A DNA stretch of 59,125 bases, taken from the IMG/VR virus record IMGVR_UViG_3300036861_000222, positions 1 through 59,125 of that record, one strand, 5' to 3'. The DNA is from a virus. Lineage: Duplodnaviria > Caudoviricetes. Made by a program: the position numbers and the translations under genes. Below the pieces are notes generated by a model. The model was not told the DNA's origin, did no database searches, and saw nothing but the letters and a program-made list of their open reading frames with translations. Shown here one piece after another: positions 16,526 to 26,938 of this stretch (within the stretch, counting starts at the first letter, position 1; the number at the start of each line of letters is the position of its first letter).

Positions 16526-17637
16526 TAGAGGACTCCCACATGAATGATGGTCGATTGACGGGTGGAGATGGTGATCGGAGATGACACGTCGAACGGGATT
16601 GTCACCCGGTCAACAATATGCACTTCCCTCGTCCCGTCGTTGTATACCACCCTTAGCACATCATAAGGACGTACAGCAGGGTTAGGCACCGCTGAAAGTC
16701 CGACATCGTAGGGTGCTCCGAGAGACTGCCTCAGGAGGTTGACCGCTGCATTCTCAGCCTGTGATTGTGTCGTGATGAAGCTGGAAGCGTAGAAACGAGG
16801 GACGCGCCCAAACGAACCTCCGAAGAATGTAGGGCTAGACTCCTGAGCGTTGACAGCTACAGCATGTACAGGCGTGAGCTGGTCCGCGCCTTCGCCCGAA
16901 ACGACAAGCGCGTTGTAAACACCATCACGTGACAGCGACCGGTCGGCCTGTACCATGACGCCACCTGGACCAGCGTTGACAGTCCAGATGATGTCAGTTT
17001 CGCTAGGGATGTCTTTGAAGACCAGTTGTCCCAGTTCATCCCAATAGAAGATCTTCCCCAGCCCGTCCGCCAGAGTCTTCAGAATTTCCAGTCGGGATTC
17101 CTCAGCGATGAGCGCACGCCCTAGCTGTGACTCGTCGGAATCGTCATCCCAGATGATAACCGCATCTGGGTACACCTCTAGGACAACCTCATTCACAATG
17201 TCCCCGACGAGTGTTCCCGTCAACCACTGGCGCGGCTGGACAAATCTGGAATCGATGATCGTTGCCATCCGATCATCTAGGTCAAGACCCAACGGACCTT
17301 TAGCAGAATCGGACTGCGTAGTCTTGCTGATCCGGTAATATCCCATGGGAGCCCAGAGCGTACCCCCCGCGCCAGTCTCCACGCCGCGCGCTAGGAACAC
17401 CTCCGAACCGTACGGGGCGAACCTGAGATCACGTGCGTTTGGCCATGCTTCCGCTACGGATACGCCGCCTGTCGATCGCACATCAGCGCTAGCGTCATAC
17501 TCCACATCACCAGAGACAACACGCATGGCAAGACCTGAGGGGTCATTCCCTGTCTGGAATCCATCCACAAGTACCGCCCGGAACCGGGCCGTATGCGATC
17601 CGGCTACCAGACCGGCGAAATCAGCAGCGGTAACCAT
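16525..17637 (-). CDS. Minor tail / baseplate hub protein (DUF5047-like)
   Basis: GSH...F, G.V..DA.A.VR, YN...V.GE, FGRVP..Y.S, PNPA...DV. Confidence 0.75.
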   Translation of the reverse strand: MVTAADFAGLVAGSHTARFRAVLVDGFQTGNDPSGLAMRVVSGDVEYDASADVRSTGGVSVAEAWPNARDLRFAPYGSEVFLARGVETGAGGTLWAPMGYYRISKTTQSDSAKGPLGLDLDDRMATIIDSRFVQPRQWLTGTLVGDIVNEVVLEVYPDAVIIWDDDSDESQLGRALIAEESRLEILKTLADGLGKIFYWDELGQLVFKDIPSETDIIWTVNAGPGGVMVQADRSLSRDGVYNALVVSGEGADQLTPVHAVAVNAQESSPTFFGGSFGRVPRFYASSFITTQSQAENAAVNLLRQSLGAPYDVGLSAVPNPAVRPYDVLRVVYNDGTREVHIVDRVTIPFDVSSPITISTRQSTIIHVGVL

Positions 17638-18587
17638 TACGACTGGAGCCCGTAGCAACGGTCAACATTTACACGGGATGGCGTGCCTGAGGTGTTCCGT
17701 GCGAAGAGTTGCACGGAGCGAACGGAACCCGGCGTGGTGGTAGTACCCCATCCAGGGACGTTGAAAGTGGCTGATCCTGCACCAGAGCTTCCTCCCGCAG
17801 TGACACCATCTAGACGAAGTTCCCAGTCCACGGTTCCGGCAGTGACGCTCTGTTGTACACCAATGGAAATACGTGGGTGCCATATGGTACTGAAGCCGTG
17901 GAATACCTCCTGATAAGCGGCGTTGGTGAATGTGGGCCAGAACGGCCCCCCCACAACAACACTTGTCCCACTAGAAGGCACCATATGGATGTTCAGGTAC
18001 GGACGGGCGAGACCTGTCTGCGTAGCCGCATCCGTAGAGAAAACCTCCGTGCCGCTCTGATCATTGATGCCGAAGAACTGGCTTCCTGGTGTCCCGTAGA
18101 CACGCCACGCTGGCGTCCCGTCTCGGTAATAGGCGTATAGGACCTCACCATTGATAATGGACAATGCACGGTGTTCATCCGCACCACCATAGAAAAGACT
18201 CCACAGCGGATCGCCGTCTGACTCCTTTCCGAAGAATGCAAGAGTGCTACCGTCTTCGGTTACAAACCTGAAAAGTTTTGCCGTAACTTCTAGGTCGGCG
18301 ACGAACTCGCCCGGGTTGGAGAGCTTCCCAAGGATCCACCACGTACCAACACCTTTGGCGTTCTCCGGGGCCCATCCAAGCATCCCCACGACATCACCAG
18401 TACGGATAACAAGCGCGTTGATACCCTCGATAATGGGCACGTCTGTAAGGGTGATGCCGCGCCACTCAAGGGTGTTGTGCAGCGTCTCGTTGTCCCAGCT
18501 CAGCACCTTAGCTTGACTGAACTGGACACCACGGGAAGGCGCAGGAGTGAGCAGCGCTGCGAGATTATTGTTAGTCCTGTCGGTCAC
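17637..18587 (-). CDS. Minor tail protein
   Basis: Position after TMP and Dit-like gene; beta-rich. Confidence 0.6.
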   Translation of the reverse strand: MTDRTNNNLAALLTPAPSRGVQFSQAKVLSWDNETLHNTLEWRGITLTDVPIIEGINALVIRTGDVVGMLGWAPENAKGVGTWWILGKLSNPGEFVADLEVTAKLFRFVTEDGSTLAFFGKESDGDPLWSLFYGGADEHRALSIINGEVLYAYYRDGTPAWRVYGTPGSQFFGINDQSGTEVFSTDAATQTGLARPYLNIHMVPSSGTSVVVGGPFWPTFTNAAYQEVFHGFSTIWHPRISIGVQQSVTAGTVDWELRLDGVTAGGSSGAGSATFNVPGWGTTTTPGSVRSVQLFARNTSGTPSRVNVDRCYGLQS

Positions 18588-20701
18588 AGCACTGTCCCCC
18601 CGAACGAGTTAGCGTCTCCCTGTTCAAGCCAGAGTTCCTGCCATGTCGGCCAGGTTGCCCATACCGTTTCCCAGGTACCGTCCGCGCCGATCATGTCCCA
18701 GAGCATCTGCCAAGTAATGGTGGTGGGGATGACGCCTGCCAGGTCCACGGCAGCAACACGCACGAACCCGATACTCCATCTTCGAATGTTGGTGCCTGGG
18801 AGTGAGTGTCGTTCCTCGTGTCCATCCCACATCACATACCCGTACGGAATGCCTGAGTAGTCAGTGGGGCAATCTTCCTCTACATCCCCCGGGGGTTGTA
18901 GGTACAGGATCCCTCCGTATGTCAGGAGCGATCGCACGCCACGCATGGTGTCCTCGTCTTCAGTGACGAATGTCAGCGTGAACGAGGCGGAGGAGCCGAC
19001 ATCTGCGATAGCCAAGATCTCATGGCGACCTTTGATGTCAAAGAACCCTGCACGGGAGTCGCGATTCAGTGCGTCCCAATCAACACAGTCCAGCTCCCGG
19101 TTGAGGAGTGGGTACGCGATGGATTTGAGGAACGTCTCCGATTGGGTGGGCGTGACCTCAGCAGATGCTCCGACCGTGGGCGGAATCGTGTTGGCTTCCA
19201 TGGGCCCGAACCACTGTTCGAAGGCGTTCCCGCTTCCTTTGTAGGAGCGCATATAGACACCTGTGCCAGCAACGAGGGAGGTGTCGGTCGCGAATAGCGT
19301 CCAGTTGCTGGGCTCGCTGTCGCCTTCCTCCCAGGCTTTTGCGGAGAGACTGGTCCCTTGCACCCGGAACCGCACATGCCACGGGATGCCTGGAGTCCAT
19401 GTGCCCAGTGATGTCGTTGTAGTCAATAGAGTGTACACATTTGCGACAAACTTGCCGATACGCAGCTCTACTATGAATCCGTCACCTTCAGCGCGGAACC
19501 GGAGATTAGACTCATAGGCGTTGTTGGCGTCGGCTGCGCGCAGACCTACACCCCACTCTGTAGATACATCCATGGAGTCGCGCGCGCCAGGGAAGATAGC
19601 GGACCAGACGATTTCACCATCAGTAAGTCCTGTAACCGAGCTGGTGACCTGTTCAGCTACCGTACCCGCAGGCTGTGTACTCCGAACAACTCCGACACCG
19701 TTGTTCACCCACAGAGCGAATCCTGTGCTACTGCTACCGAGTGCCCACACTTGGCCCGTGTCAGCCACACCCCAGCTACCACCTGGGACGGGTGCGGTGG
19801 TGATGATGGAGGCACCTGCTTGCACAGTCCAGGTACGCCCCGCAGAGTCTACGAAGACTGTTGTTCCTGCTGCCTGCGCCGTGAAATCAGGGTTGGCAAC
19901 GATCGTGCCTCCGATACCATTCAACACCCTGGCCGCGAAGATATGGCCGATGAAACGACTGTTCCCGTTATTGCGTGCTCCGACTTCCAACGCACCATTG
20001 TTGGCGAATATAGAAGTCGTTCCTGCCTGCGTCAGCGGTGTACCGAGCTGAACCCAGGGACCGGACGCAATAGGGCCTTGAGACGTGTAGAAGGTTGTAG
20101 TCCTTCCCGACGCTCCGTTGTCTACGTCGAATGTGACACGGAGGGAAACACGTTCGCCGTTGATGATGTCTACAGGAACCGAAGACGTAGACGAGAAGCT
20201 GTTTGTACCGTTGGTGGACCAGGTAAACCGAAGGCGCCCCCCATTGGTGACATCCAAACGGTATCCACGGTTATTAGTGCTTTCGATGTACTTCGCCAAC
20301 ACGGTTTGATCCGCAGCGGGAGGCCACTGTGTCGGGGCCAAGTCGATACGTAGTTCGATATCCCCTGTGATGTCCAGAGCGGCGTTATCAGGGGTAGACG
20401 CATAGCTGTTGACAGCACCTGTCGTGTTCAGCGTGGTGCCGGAGGGATAGGCCCTGTTGAACGAATCGTAGAACACGGGCTCCAGTACTCGGTACTGATT
20501 CTCTATGTTGGGTGTGTACTCGTAGTCATCTACGACAGTTACACCCTGCGTACCCATCCCACTTCCGCCGCGTACATCAACCCATGTAACGCCGCCATTA
20601 ATGGAACGCTGGAGCTGATACCGAACATTGGTGACAGGACTCCCCAAAGTCAGGCGGACACGCCCTAGTGTTGGGAGGTACTGCGCTGTCAGCGTAGCCA
20701 T
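18584..20701 (-). CDS. Minor tail (Dit-like) protein with LamG/ConA-like insert
   Basis: Directly after TMP; ASTPD..ALDITGD, F.G.I motifs. Confidence 0.7.
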   Translation of the reverse strand: MATLTAQYLPTLGRVRLTLGSPVTNVRYQLQRSINGGVTWVDVRGGSGMGTQGVTVVDDYEYTPNIENQYRVLEPVFYDSFNRAYPSGTTLNTTGAVNSYASTPDNAALDITGDIELRIDLAPTQWPPAADQTVLAKYIESTNNRGYRLDVTNGGRLRFTWSTNGTNSFSSTSSVPVDIINGERVSLRVTFDVDNGASGRTTTFYTSQGPIASGPWVQLGTPLTQAGTTSIFANNGALEVGARNNGNSRFIGHIFAARVLNGIGGTIVANPDFTAQAAGTTVFVDSAGRTWTVQAGASIITTAPVPGGSWGVADTGQVWALGSSSTGFALWVNNGVGVVRSTQPAGTVAEQVTSSVTGLTDGEIVWSAIFPGARDSMDVSTEWGVGLRAADANNAYESNLRFRAEGDGFIVELRIGKFVANVYTLLTTTTSLGTWTPGIPWHVRFRVQGTSLSAKAWEEGDSEPSNWTLFATDTSLVAGTGVYMRSYKGSGNAFEQWFGPMEANTIPPTVGASAEVTPTQSETFLKSIAYPLLNRELDCVDWDALNRDSRAGFFDIKGRHEILAIADVGSSASFTLTFVTEDEDTMRGVRSLLTYGGILYLQPPGDVEEDCPTDYSGIPYGYVMWDGHEERHSLPGTNIRRWSIGFVRVAAVDLAGVIPTTITWQMLWDMIGADGTWETVWATWPTWQELWLEQGDANSFGGTVL

Positions 20702-23163
20702 TAATGGTTCCTCCGCGTTCCTGAGCGTGCACGACGCAGCATCTGCTGGTTCATGGCGTTCTGCTGCTCCACAACAATATCAGTAAGCTCTCTTTCACCG
20801 ATACGAACAACAAAGTAGTTATCGCCGCTTGACCCTGTGGCAGCGATGGAGTCTGAGCCGTCGCCTCGGGATTGGTTCTGGACTCCGGCTCGGCTCATAG
20901 CGGAGGCAAGCAGCGTGTCAACACGAGGGTCGCCAAGCGGAAGAAGCGCCTCATTGAAGCGGCCTTCACCGATCATCGCGAGGGTGGGTCCTGTGGCGAG
21001 CGCACCACTTGCGAGATAGGGGATGTTGGGGGTGTTGATGGTTCCACCACCTACGGTTCCGATACCGGGAATGTCCACAGACGGAATCGAGAACGACAGG
21101 TTGTTCCAACCGCTGATCACCGAGTTGATAGCGGAGCGGAATCCAGATGCCAACGGCGCGAATAGGTTGCTGAGAGAGCTACTGATCTTCCCGGGAATAC
21201 CCTTGATAAACCCGACAAAACTATTGAAACCATCACGAATGTTGTTCAGCGCTGTCACGTTGGCGTTTTTGACTGCGTTTATCCCATTTTTTAGTGGTGT
21301 GAACACATTGTTGTTAATCGCGTTCCAACCTGTCCTGAAGGCGTCCACTAGGAACTGCATCACTGCCGACATCTCTTCGAATCGGTTCGTCAATTGCTCT
21401 TTGATGAACTCGAAAATGATAGACAGCCCCTGGCCTGCTTCCTGGAATTTGTCTACCACGAACTGCACCGCTGCTGTCAGCGCAACCGAGAGTACTTCCA
21501 CCAGGAACTCAAGGATGGGGATGACCACAGGATTGATGATGGTATCGACAAGCCATAGCAGGATGTCACCGAGTACCTGAATGATCGGAGTCAGGACAAC
21601 CCCAATCACCTCGGCAACAACGCCTAGGATTTCCAGCAGCGGACTTAGGGCCTCAATCAGCGGTGCAAGTGCCTCCAGTAGCGATGAAATGACGGGGGCG
21701 ATAGCGCCCAAGGCGGTAGCAACCAGCTCAAGTACGACACCTAGCTCGCCACCGAGCAAATCAGCCCATACCTGGATTAGGGGCATAAGTGCTGTAATTG
21801 CATCAACTAGGACAGTTCCTAGCAATGTGATAATTTCAGACAATGGTGCGATAAGGGGTTGAATCGCAGCAGCAACTACTGTGAGTACAGGAGCAAGTGC
21901 AGTGAGTACTGAACCCACCAACTGAGACAAAGGACCCAGCAACGGCGCGACGACGTCAAGGATATTGCCGATGCCTGAGATGATCGGAGGGAGCGCAGGA
22001 GCGATGTTGCCGAGCACGGTAGCGAATGCGCTGCCTACGGTGTTGAGCGCTTCGAATAGGGTGACCAGTACAGTCTGCCCTTGTACTGACGCGAGGAAGT
22101 CGTCAAAGGTTTGGAGTACTTGGCCAAAGACTCCGAGGATATTGCCACCACTTGCAGCTGCCGCACTACCGATAGCCCCGAGGATGCCGACGAGTGGCGA
22201 CAGGATGTCGCCGATAGCCGAGAACACTGCAAGCGCATCAGTTACCCACTGCACTGCCTGGCCGCTGGCGGCTGCTTGATCAAGGAAAGTTGCAAATTGT
22301 GTGATCAGACCTGCGAGCCCAGCACCCGCGTCCGCTCCGAAGGCTTCATTGATCGCTGTACCGACATTGAGCAGCGAGCTGAACAGCAGCGCCAAAGGTT
22401 CCTGAACCGAGCTGATAATCTGCGCCATGATAGCGAAGCTCTGCGTTACGAAGTCAACACCCTCAGCGGAGGTAGCGACAACTGCGAGCCCTTGAATCAC
22501 GCCGTTGATGGCGGACGCCACCGCAGTCATACCCGTGGTCACAGGACCCAGTAGCGTGTCCGCAAGCTGGTTCAAAACTGAATCAAAGTTTTGGAAGAAT
22601 GCATCCTGTACGGAGTTCCGCAGCTCCTCTAGCTGCGGCATGAGATCTCGGATGGCCTGAGCAGCAGCCTGCACGTTAGGTGCAAGTCCCTCAATGGCCT
22701 CGTTGAATTCCTCTTCATCACCAGCGGCAGCAGCGAACGCGTCCCCGACGCCTAGCGTAGCGACACTGAGGGTTGACATTCCTGCCGCAAGCACTCCGAC
22801 GCCGGAGGGGAGTGCTGCGATGATGCCGACTGCTGGAGCCAGCGCAGCCGCAAGCTGGACAGCAGCCCCTGCAGCGGCTGTGAGCCCTGCTCCGAAGACA
22901 GCAAACCCTGCCACAGGGAGACGGATACCGGCGATAGACGAAAGAGTGGCGCTGAGTCCTGAGCCGAATCCATCGCCAAAGTCCTGACCAGCCTTGGCGC
23001 CGATGCGGCCTGTGCCGCGTGATGCCGCGTTCTCAGCTCTACGAACGCCATCGACTAGCTCGTCTTCGACAGCCTTACCTGCTTGACGGGCGGTACGTTG
23101 AATCTGCCGAGTATCCAGCTGAGCTGTGATCTCGACATACGCCCTGTCAAGTGGACCGGCCAT
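20701..23163 (-). CDS. Tape measure protein
   Basis: RAYVEI N-terminus, amphipathic Ala/Leu repeats, IPYLASG...GPTLAMIGEG. Confidence 0.9.
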   Translation of the reverse strand: MAGPLDRAYVEITAQLDTRQIQRTARQAGKAVEDELVDGVRRAENAASRGTGRIGAKAGQDFGDGFGSGLSATLSSIAGIRLPVAGFAVFGAGLTAAAGAAVQLAAALAPAVGIIAALPSGVGVLAAGMSTLSVATLGVGDAFAAAAGDEEEFNEAIEGLAPNVQAAAQAIRDLMPQLEELRNSVQDAFFQNFDSVLNQLADTLLGPVTTGMTAVASAINGVIQGLAVVATSAEGVDFVTQSFAIMAQIISSVQEPLALLFSSLLNVGTAINEAFGADAGAGLAGLITQFATFLDQAAASGQAVQWVTDALAVFSAIGDILSPLVGILGAIGSAAAASGGNILGVFGQVLQTFDDFLASVQGQTVLVTLFEALNTVGSAFATVLGNIAPALPPIISGIGNILDVVAPLLGPLSQLVGSVLTALAPVLTVVAAAIQPLIAPLSEIITLLGTVLVDAITALMPLIQVWADLLGGELGVVLELVATALGAIAPVISSLLEALAPLIEALSPLLEILGVVAEVIGVVLTPIIQVLGDILLWLVDTIINPVVIPILEFLVEVLSVALTAAVQFVVDKFQEAGQGLSIIFEFIKEQLTNRFEEMSAVMQFLVDAFRTGWNAINNNVFTPLKNGINAVKNANVTALNNIRDGFNSFVGFIKGIPGKISSSLSNLFAPLASGFRSAINSVISGWNNLSFSIPSVDIPGIGTVGGGTINTPNIPYLASGALATGPTLAMIGEGRFNEALLPLGDPRVDTLLASAMSRAGVQNQSRGDGSDSIAATGSSGDNYFVVRIGERELTDIVVEQQNAMNQQMLRRARSGTRRNH

Positions 23164-23205
23164 GAATGCACCTTAAGTGAGGAACCAACTCCGTCAGTCT
23201 ACCGC

Positions 23206-23589
23206 TTATTTTCGTCGCGCCTTACCGCTCACTCCGGCGGCTGTCAAGGTCTTGATGGCAGCCTTTGAGTTAAAGGTGTTAGCAGTATCAGTACCCCAGC
23301 CCGCAGGCTTTGGAGGCATACGCCGTTCCCGGCCGTTCACAGGCTGCGGGTTCTTCCGTGCTTCTCGGATTGCAGGAGCAGCCTTAGCAAGGTGCCATTC
23401 GGTAGTTCGCTGCGCGATCACGTCATCGAACTTCTGACGTTCCTCCTGCGAGGCGTTGCGTATACCGAAGTAATACACCAGGTTGAGCCAGCGATCCCAC
23501 GGGAGTTGCCAGTGGTCAACGTTGCGGGAGGCGCACCATCCATCGAAGAACGGCCATACCTCCGAGCTACGTACCCACTCCATCAGCAC
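23206..23589 (-). CDS. Tail assembly chaperone, -1 frameshift extension
   Basis: In the -1 frame of GGGAAAA in the upstream ORF. Confidence 0.8.
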   Translation of the reverse strand: MLMEWVRSSEVWPFFDGWCASRNVDHWQLPWDRWLNLVYYFGIRNASQEERQKFDDVIAQRTTEWHLAKAAPAIREARKNPQPVNGRERRMPPKPAGWGTDTANTFNSKAAIKTLTAAGVSGKARRK

Positions 23590-23942
23590 TATGACTGCTG
23601 GGTAGTCCCTTTTCCCAGTGCCTCACCAAAGATCCACTCAATGACTGCGTTGAATGTCTGCATATCGATGGGCACAGGGACTGGCTTCCCCTCAGAGTCC
23701 TTCCCCCAGAACCGGTTTTCGAACCGCTTAAACGAGTCCTCTTCGAAGATCTCGCCGAGCTTTTCAAGCAGGATTTTCCCGACGTTCGTGTCAGGGTTGT
23801 TCGCTGCCGCTTGGATCTCTCCCGCAAGTGCGGACACGCTTACCATCTGACCAGCGGCGATACCGGCACGGAGGAAGAACACCTCTCCGTCGATGTCGAA
23901 GTCGATACGGGTTTGGTTGGTGGTGAAGCTCTTCATTGACAT
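23589..23942 (-). CDS. Tail assembly chaperone
   Basis: Ends ...ALGKG at the slippery site; upstream of TMP. Confidence 0.85.
   Translation of the reverse strand: MSMKSFTTNQTRIDFDIDGEVFFLRAGIAAGQMVSVSALAGEIQAAANNPDTNVGKILLEKLGEIFEEDSFKRFENRFWGKDSEGKPVPVPIDMQTFNAVIEWIFGEALGKGTTQQS
23610..23616 (-). other. Programmed -1 frameshift slippery site G GGA AAA
   Basis: -1 slip reads AGG GAC TAC CCA GCA GTC ATA GTG CTG ATG into the downstream ORF. Confidence 0.85.
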
Positions 23943-23957
23943 AGCCCATTGCTCCTA

Positions 23958-24290
23958 TCAGAACTGCCGCATGGCGATTCGTAGCCCGTCCTGCAATGCG
24001 GGATTTGCTTCCATGTATCGGGTACCGAGGAAGACGTAAGGTGCGTATTCTACGTCTGTCCCAATCCGTTCCACGATAGCACCTGATCGGACAAACTCTC
24101 GAATCTGGATAGAGTTGACCAGGTTGCCTGTGTCGATACGACGGGGGTTGGCGCGGAGCCGCTGCTTCGCAGCCGCCTGCGTCGCGAGTGCCCGCGCGCG
24201 GAGATTCCGCACGACGCCTGACGATGGAGAGGTCACCAGTACCCGTGCGTTACCCAGATTGAATGAGTGACGTGTACGTGCTGTAGCCAT
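23958..24290 (-). CDS. HK97 gp10-like tail completion protein
   Basis: DTGNL..SI, YAPYV..GTRYM.ANP.L. Confidence 0.85.
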   Translation of the reverse strand: MATARTRHSFNLGNARVLVTSPSSGVVRNLRARALATQAAAKQRLRANPRRIDTGNLVNSIQIREFVRSGAIVERIGTDVEYAPYVFLGTRYMEANPALQDGLRIAMRQF

Positions 24291-24298
24291 GCTCCTGC

Positions 24299-24862
24299 CT
24301 AACTGATGTCACACGGATATCCACCGTTCATGACCCCGATTGAGACCGTGATCTCGGAGCCTTGGCACATGCCCCCAGGGCCCACTTCCGTCTGTGGCCC
24401 GATCAAGTACCGTTCGAACTCTTTCGTTCCGTCAGGCTGCCGAGTGGTTCCCGCGCACATGCAGCACATAAGCCCTGCACGCACCGCCCAAGCGTCTTCC
24501 ACGGTCACCCTTGCAGCAGCTGCGAGGGCTTCACAGGTCGGAGGATTGTCTCCGTCTCCCGTAGGAGAACACCGAGTCATAGAAATGGTGTAGTTGAAAA
24601 CGAACATGGGAGGGCCGCACTTCAAAATGCCTTGGTTCGTCTCGCCGCTCCACGGTTCTGGGAAGGCTGCAGTCTCGTACTGGGAGGTGAGGGAGATAGC
24701 CAGCTGCCCACACTCGCAGTCATCCCAGGCGATCTCCCCTGAGGTGATGCACACCCGTGCGGGAAGTCCTGAGGTGGTTCCTGCCAGGTACGGCGTAATA
24801 CAATCGCGCAGATGCTCGGCGAGTTCGAAGGCTGCGAACGGGTTCGCGTTCGTGAAGGCCAT
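24299..24862 (-). CDS. Tail terminator / neck protein
   Basis: Position; WDDC.CGQL and GP.G.C.G motifs. Confidence 0.55.
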   Translation of the reverse strand: MAFTNANPFAAFELAEHLRDCITPYLAGTTSGLPARVCITSGEIAWDDCECGQLAISLTSQYETAAFPEPWSGETNQGILKCGPPMFVFNYTISMTRCSPTGDGDNPPTCEALAAAARVTVEDAWAVRAGLMCCMCAGTTRQPDGTKEFERYLIGPQTEVGPGGMCQGSEITVSIGVMNGGYPCDIS

Positions 24863-25713
24863 CAGGAGGTCCCAACCCTACGCTGTTTGGGCCCATCGAT
24901 ATCGTAGATGTTCGCAAGTCCTGTGTTGAGTGGATTGTACGTTTTCACGAACATATCCGCCCAGTACAGTCCGAGCATCCCCTGAGCGAACGCCTTGTCG
25001 GAATCGAAGAACACCTTCTTCACACCTTGACGTGTCACCTCCTGCACGGTGCCGGAGGGAAGCACACAGCCTGAGGAGTTGACACAGCGCTTCGCGATCT
25101 CCACCGCGAGCTGTCCGGCTGCGAGCTTGCCAAGCTCAGGCACAGGCTGTCCATAGTTCGCGGTTACCGACCACGTACCGACTTCGGTATCTTCCAGGTT
25201 CAGGTCATTGCAGCGAGGCCACTCGTTTCCGTCAGTGCGCACCAGAAGATTGAAGTTATCCACCCGGTATGCCGAAGCCGGAAGCACCACCCCATCCACC
25301 TTAACCTCAACGATGGCGTTGACAGGGTAAGGGAGTCGGACCTCTGAGACATGCGAACATGAGCAGTCAGTGGAGCACGAACCGCAGGCAATGTTAATCC
25401 AGTTCCCTGCCACCAGCGCAGGCTGCGGCCAGGGCCATACGCCGCCGCTCAAGTTGTTCCAACCTTGCAGAGGAATCCACGGCCACGACGGAAAACAGTC
25501 TTTCCTGCACGGCCGAAGCGTCACTGCACACAGTCCGAACTGCTGCTTAGTCCTCATCCACAGCGCCTCAGTAGCGGCCATAGCGGCTACTTCCTGAAGC
25601 TCCGTAGTGGTCCCTTCCGGGAACTGTGCACACGACAATTCCCAAGCCTCACAAGGACCCGTCGCAGCGCTTCCCGCCGCTACTGGGGACGGAACCGGAT
25701 TAATGACTGGCAT
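24862..25713 (-). CDS. Head-to-tail adaptor
   Basis: A..LW..T..QFG.C, LP.PV..I.EV..DG, C.LP..V..VTRQGV. Confidence 0.7.
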   Translation of the reverse strand: MPVINPVPSPVAAGSAATGPCEAWELSCAQFPEGTTTELQEVAAMAATEALWMRTKQQFGLCAVTLRPCRKDCFPSWPWIPLQGWNNLSGGVWPWPQPALVAGNWINIACGSCSTDCSCSHVSEVRLPYPVNAIVEVKVDGVVLPASAYRVDNFNLLVRTDGNEWPRCNDLNLEDTEVGTWSVTANYGQPVPELGKLAAGQLAVEIAKRCVNSSGCVLPSGTVQEVTRQGVKKVFFDSDKAFAQGMLGLYWADMFVKTYNPLNTGLANIYDIDGPKQRRVGTS

Positions 25714-25724
25714 GGAACACCACC

Positions 25725-26912
25725 TTAGGGAGTCGCAAACTTACCTGCGGTAACGAACCGCGCCTGTGTCGTGTCGGCAAGATTCGTGGCAGTACGAATA
25801 ACTGCGATATAGCCGATGAGAGCAGACAGCGTAGCGAGCCCTGGATTGGGGGTGAATACCCCCGAGCCGATAGCGTCCAGTGCGTTCGCCAGGGATGAGT
25901 ACACGGTTTGCCCGTACTGCACGCTGATCTGGTCGATGGTGTTATCAGCTGGGGTGACGTAGACTCGCTGGATTGTAGCCGACCCCGCTCCGCCTCCAAC
26001 CGGAGTAACAACACCGCCGACGTCATAGTTCGCAGGATCGATCGTGTTCACAATCGGAGTGATAGTTGTTGTTGTCTGCAAGATACGGCGGAACTGCGCA
26101 GGGGCTTGGGCAGGCGTGACACCTTCATGAGGGTTTCCAGGATCGATGTCATGGGCGATCGAACGCAGGAACACCAGGCCTGAGGATTTGTCGAATTGGA
26201 GTGTGCTGCCCACAGGAGTGATCCGGTTTCCGATAAGGGAGAACGGGCCGAGTGCTTCCATTAGGTCAGCCACCTGATTCGCCTGCTGCTGCAGCATGGT
26301 ATGAATCGACTTAGTACCAACCACAGCACCCGCGACAGGATTGAACGCTGAGCGGCCGAGGATAACGAACTGACGTCGTTGTTGTGGGGTGGGCGTGGCT
26401 GCCTGCTGCGTCAGTGATCCGTCTGCATCCATGAGCCACCACGTGAGGACGCGCGACTGCGCGGGCCCGTCAAGGACGACAGTTCGAGCAGGCTCGTTGA
26501 TTTCTGTGATGAGCGGATTCGGAGGGTCCGTGACATCGTCTACGATGAATGCCCGCACCGCAGCAAAGTCAACTGCTGTTGGATCACTTACGTTCGCAGT
26601 GATATCGCCGCCGAAGGCGACGCCGGTAGAGAGTGTCACCTCCGCAAGCTCAGTGGGTGGTGGCGTTCCACCAACGCTGATCTGGAATGTCTCCGAATCC
26701 GCGTGCATCCAATAGTCGCCTTCTTCAGCATAGAAGGCAATCGTCCCTCCCACGCTTGTGGTGACAGGGTTCGCTAGGGGAATGGTTCCCCCTGCGTCAA
26801 CGTACAGTGGTGCGAGGATATTGGAGTCTAGGGGAAATACACGTATCTGCACACCAGCCGCGAGGGTGCCACTGGGGTACCAAAAAGTGTCTGTGTATTG
26901 CGCCAGTACCAT
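25725..26912 (-). CDS. Virion-associated protein (head or tail appendage)
   Basis: LY.D.....ANP.T...G...FY N-terminal domain; beta-rich body; structural operon. Confidence 0.55.
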   Translation of the reverse strand: MVLAQYTDTFWYPSGTLAAGVQIRVFPLDSNILAPLYVDAGGTIPLANPVTTSVGGTIAFYAEEGDYWMHADSETFQISVGGTPPPTELAEVTLSTGVAFGGDITANVSDPTAVDFAAVRAFIVDDVTDPPNPLITEINEPARTVVLDGPAQSRVLTWWLMDADGSLTQQAATPTPQQRRQFVILGRSAFNPVAGAVVGTKSIHTMLQQQANQVADLMEALGPFSLIGNRITPVGSTLQFDKSSGLVFLRSIAHDIDPGNPHEGVTPAQAPAQFRRILQTTTTITPIVNTIDPANYDVGGVVTPVGGGAGSATIQRVYVTPADNTIDQISVQYGQTVYSSLANALDAIGSGVFTPNPGLATLSALIGYIAVIRTATNLADTTQARFVTAGKFATP

Positions 26913-26938
26913 GCGTGTCCCCTTAGATCTCCCTCAGT

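Noticed and set aside
23206-23942. Tail chaperone frameshift as a novelty
   Set aside because: Real but standard for long-tailed phages
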